NCBI GenBank assembly: GCA_944354125.1
Contig: CALVPT010000010.1
Location: 11,543 to 75,542, forward strand
Source of the DNA: an uncultured Clostridia bacterium
GTDB taxonomy: Bacteria; Bacillota; Clostridia; Christensenellales; Borkfalkiaceae
Reading direction: 5' to 3'
DNA: 64,000 nucleotides
Shown: positions 63,416 through 64,000 of the stretch, piece after piece
Layout: each line of letters begins with the position of its first letter
Numbering within the stretch: the first letter of the stretch is position 1
Notes under the pieces: generated by a model
Database searches by the model: none
What the model was told of the DNA's origin: nothing
Seen by the model: the letters and a program-made list of their open reading frames with translations, nothing else
Program-made: the position numbers and the translations under genes

Positions 63416-63425
63416 AGGAGGTTCT

Positions 63426-63938
63426 ATGAAAAAATTATTTCAATCTGATTGTCCTGCCGAACGCTGTCACGTGCTTATGAAAGCGGCAATAGTGTTAATC
63501 GCGCTGTGCGGCACGGCAATCTGCGTGCTGTGGTTTCCGTATGCGAGCTATGTCGGCATGCCTGACGTAAAGGAGACGGGCGAGCAGGCGTTCAGGGCTA
63601 TGTATGCCTCTCAGCTCAGTCTGCTGTTGCTCTCCGCATTGCCCTGCTATGCCATTGTGTTCTTTTTGTGGAAGGTGTCCGACCTCGTGGCGGCTGGCAG
63701 GCTCTTCACGCTCGGCGCGGTCAGATATTTTAAGCTCAGCGCGGTTGTTCTGTTCTGCGACATATTCTTTTTCCTCGCCGTAAACCTGACGTTCTTCTGC
63801 CTGGGCGCGAACGACTGGCTGTGGCTCTACATATTCATAGACCTTTGTGCCCTGTGTGTGGCGTTGTTTTTCTACATAGTCTCAAGGTGCCTCAACGAGG
63901 GCGCAAAACTGCAGGAAGAGAGTGACGGTACGATATGA
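63426..63938 (+). CDS. DUF2975-type membrane protein
   Basis: 170 aa with 4 TM helices. It lies directly upstream of, and overlaps (ATGA), a YozG-like HTH gene, which is the usual DUF2975 arrangement. Confidence 0.6.
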   Translation: MKKLFQSDCPAERCHVLMKAAIVLIALCGTAICVLWFPYASYVGMPDVKETGEQAFRAMYASQLSLLLLSALPCYAIVFFLWKVSDLVAAGRLFTLGAVRYFKLSAVVLFCDIFFFLAVNLTFFCLGANDWLWLYIFIDLCALCVALFFYIVSRCLNEGAKLQEESDGTI

Positions 63939-64000
63939 TAGTCATAAATGTGGACGTAATGCTGGCAAAGCGCAAGATGAGCGTAACCGAACTTACGAGA
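63935..64000 (+). CDS. XRE/YozG-like HTH transcriptional regulator, N-terminal fragment running off the right edge
   Basis: MIVINVDVMLAKRKMSVTELTR matches the characteristic N-terminus of the small regulators paired with DUF2975 genes. Confidence 0.6.
   Translation, partial: MIVINVDVMLAKRKMSVTELTR

Noticed and set aside
1-64000. Search for CRISPR arrays, rRNA genes, IS elements/transposases, restriction-modification, toxin-antitoxin or known anti-phage defence genes
   Set aside because: I saw no regularly spaced repeat array, no rRNA-like sequence, no transposase-like ORF and no recognisable defence-system protein apart from the dead Fic gene. Only a proper HMM scan (e.g. DefenseFinder/PADLOC) could exclude remote homologues.

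Overview
Overall: the window looks like Firmicutes/Clostridia DNA, probably a plant-glycan-degrading gut anaerobe. This is judged from AGGAGG-type ribosome binding sites, lipobox lipoproteins, permuted GH3 enzymes, InlB-B-repeat proteins and tight operons. The taxonomic call is inference only.

Four blocks:
(1) 1.4-20.8 kb is a visibly AT-rich Wzx/Wzy-type surface-polysaccharide locus. It encodes a complete GDP-D-glycero-alpha-D-manno-heptose pathway (GmhA, HddA, a fused HddC-GmhB), a Gmd/Rmd pair, a GDP-mannose supply set (ManC, phosphomannomutase, a ManC-cupin-ManA fusion), a priming phosphoglycosyl transferase, four GT4 transferases, Wzy, Wzx and a lone RfbB.
(2) 21.1-39.8 kb holds two tandem, related integrase modules. 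Each sits just right of a 46-bp copy of the 3' half of a tRNA-Gln(CUG). The first span (21104-37477) carries a LytTR/histidine-kinase pair, two large permuted GH3 hydrolases, a CBM lipoprotein, Maa, DUF1349 and a dead Fic gene. The second copy is a stump that abuts a truncated GH78 gene.
(3) 40.6-49.5 kb is housekeeping: a PF04392-type ABC importer, a lipoprotein, PfkA, Ppx and Ppk1.
(4) 49.9-64 kb holds a second, paralogous LytTR/kinase pair followed by an SGNH hydrolase, a doubly membrane-anchored GH3, a small membrane protein and a polytopic esterase. GH2, several gene remnants (MATE, AraC, UxuA, SDR) and a DUF2975/HTH pair follow.

Best candidates for something undescribed:
- The duplicated 'LytTR-HPK10 two-component pair plus surface-tethered GH3/esterase operon' architecture. 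No AgrB/AgrD-like genes are present, and one copy apparently rides on an integrative element.
- The roughly 430-bp conserved, nested-inverted-repeat non-coding block and the GC-rich multi-hairpin structures next to the integrase/sigma-like module.
- The heptose plus Gmd/Rmd glycan locus, which could make a 6-deoxy-heptose.

Limits: no rRNA, intact tRNA or CRISPR array was seen. All family assignments come from motif recognition by eye and were not confirmed by any search.
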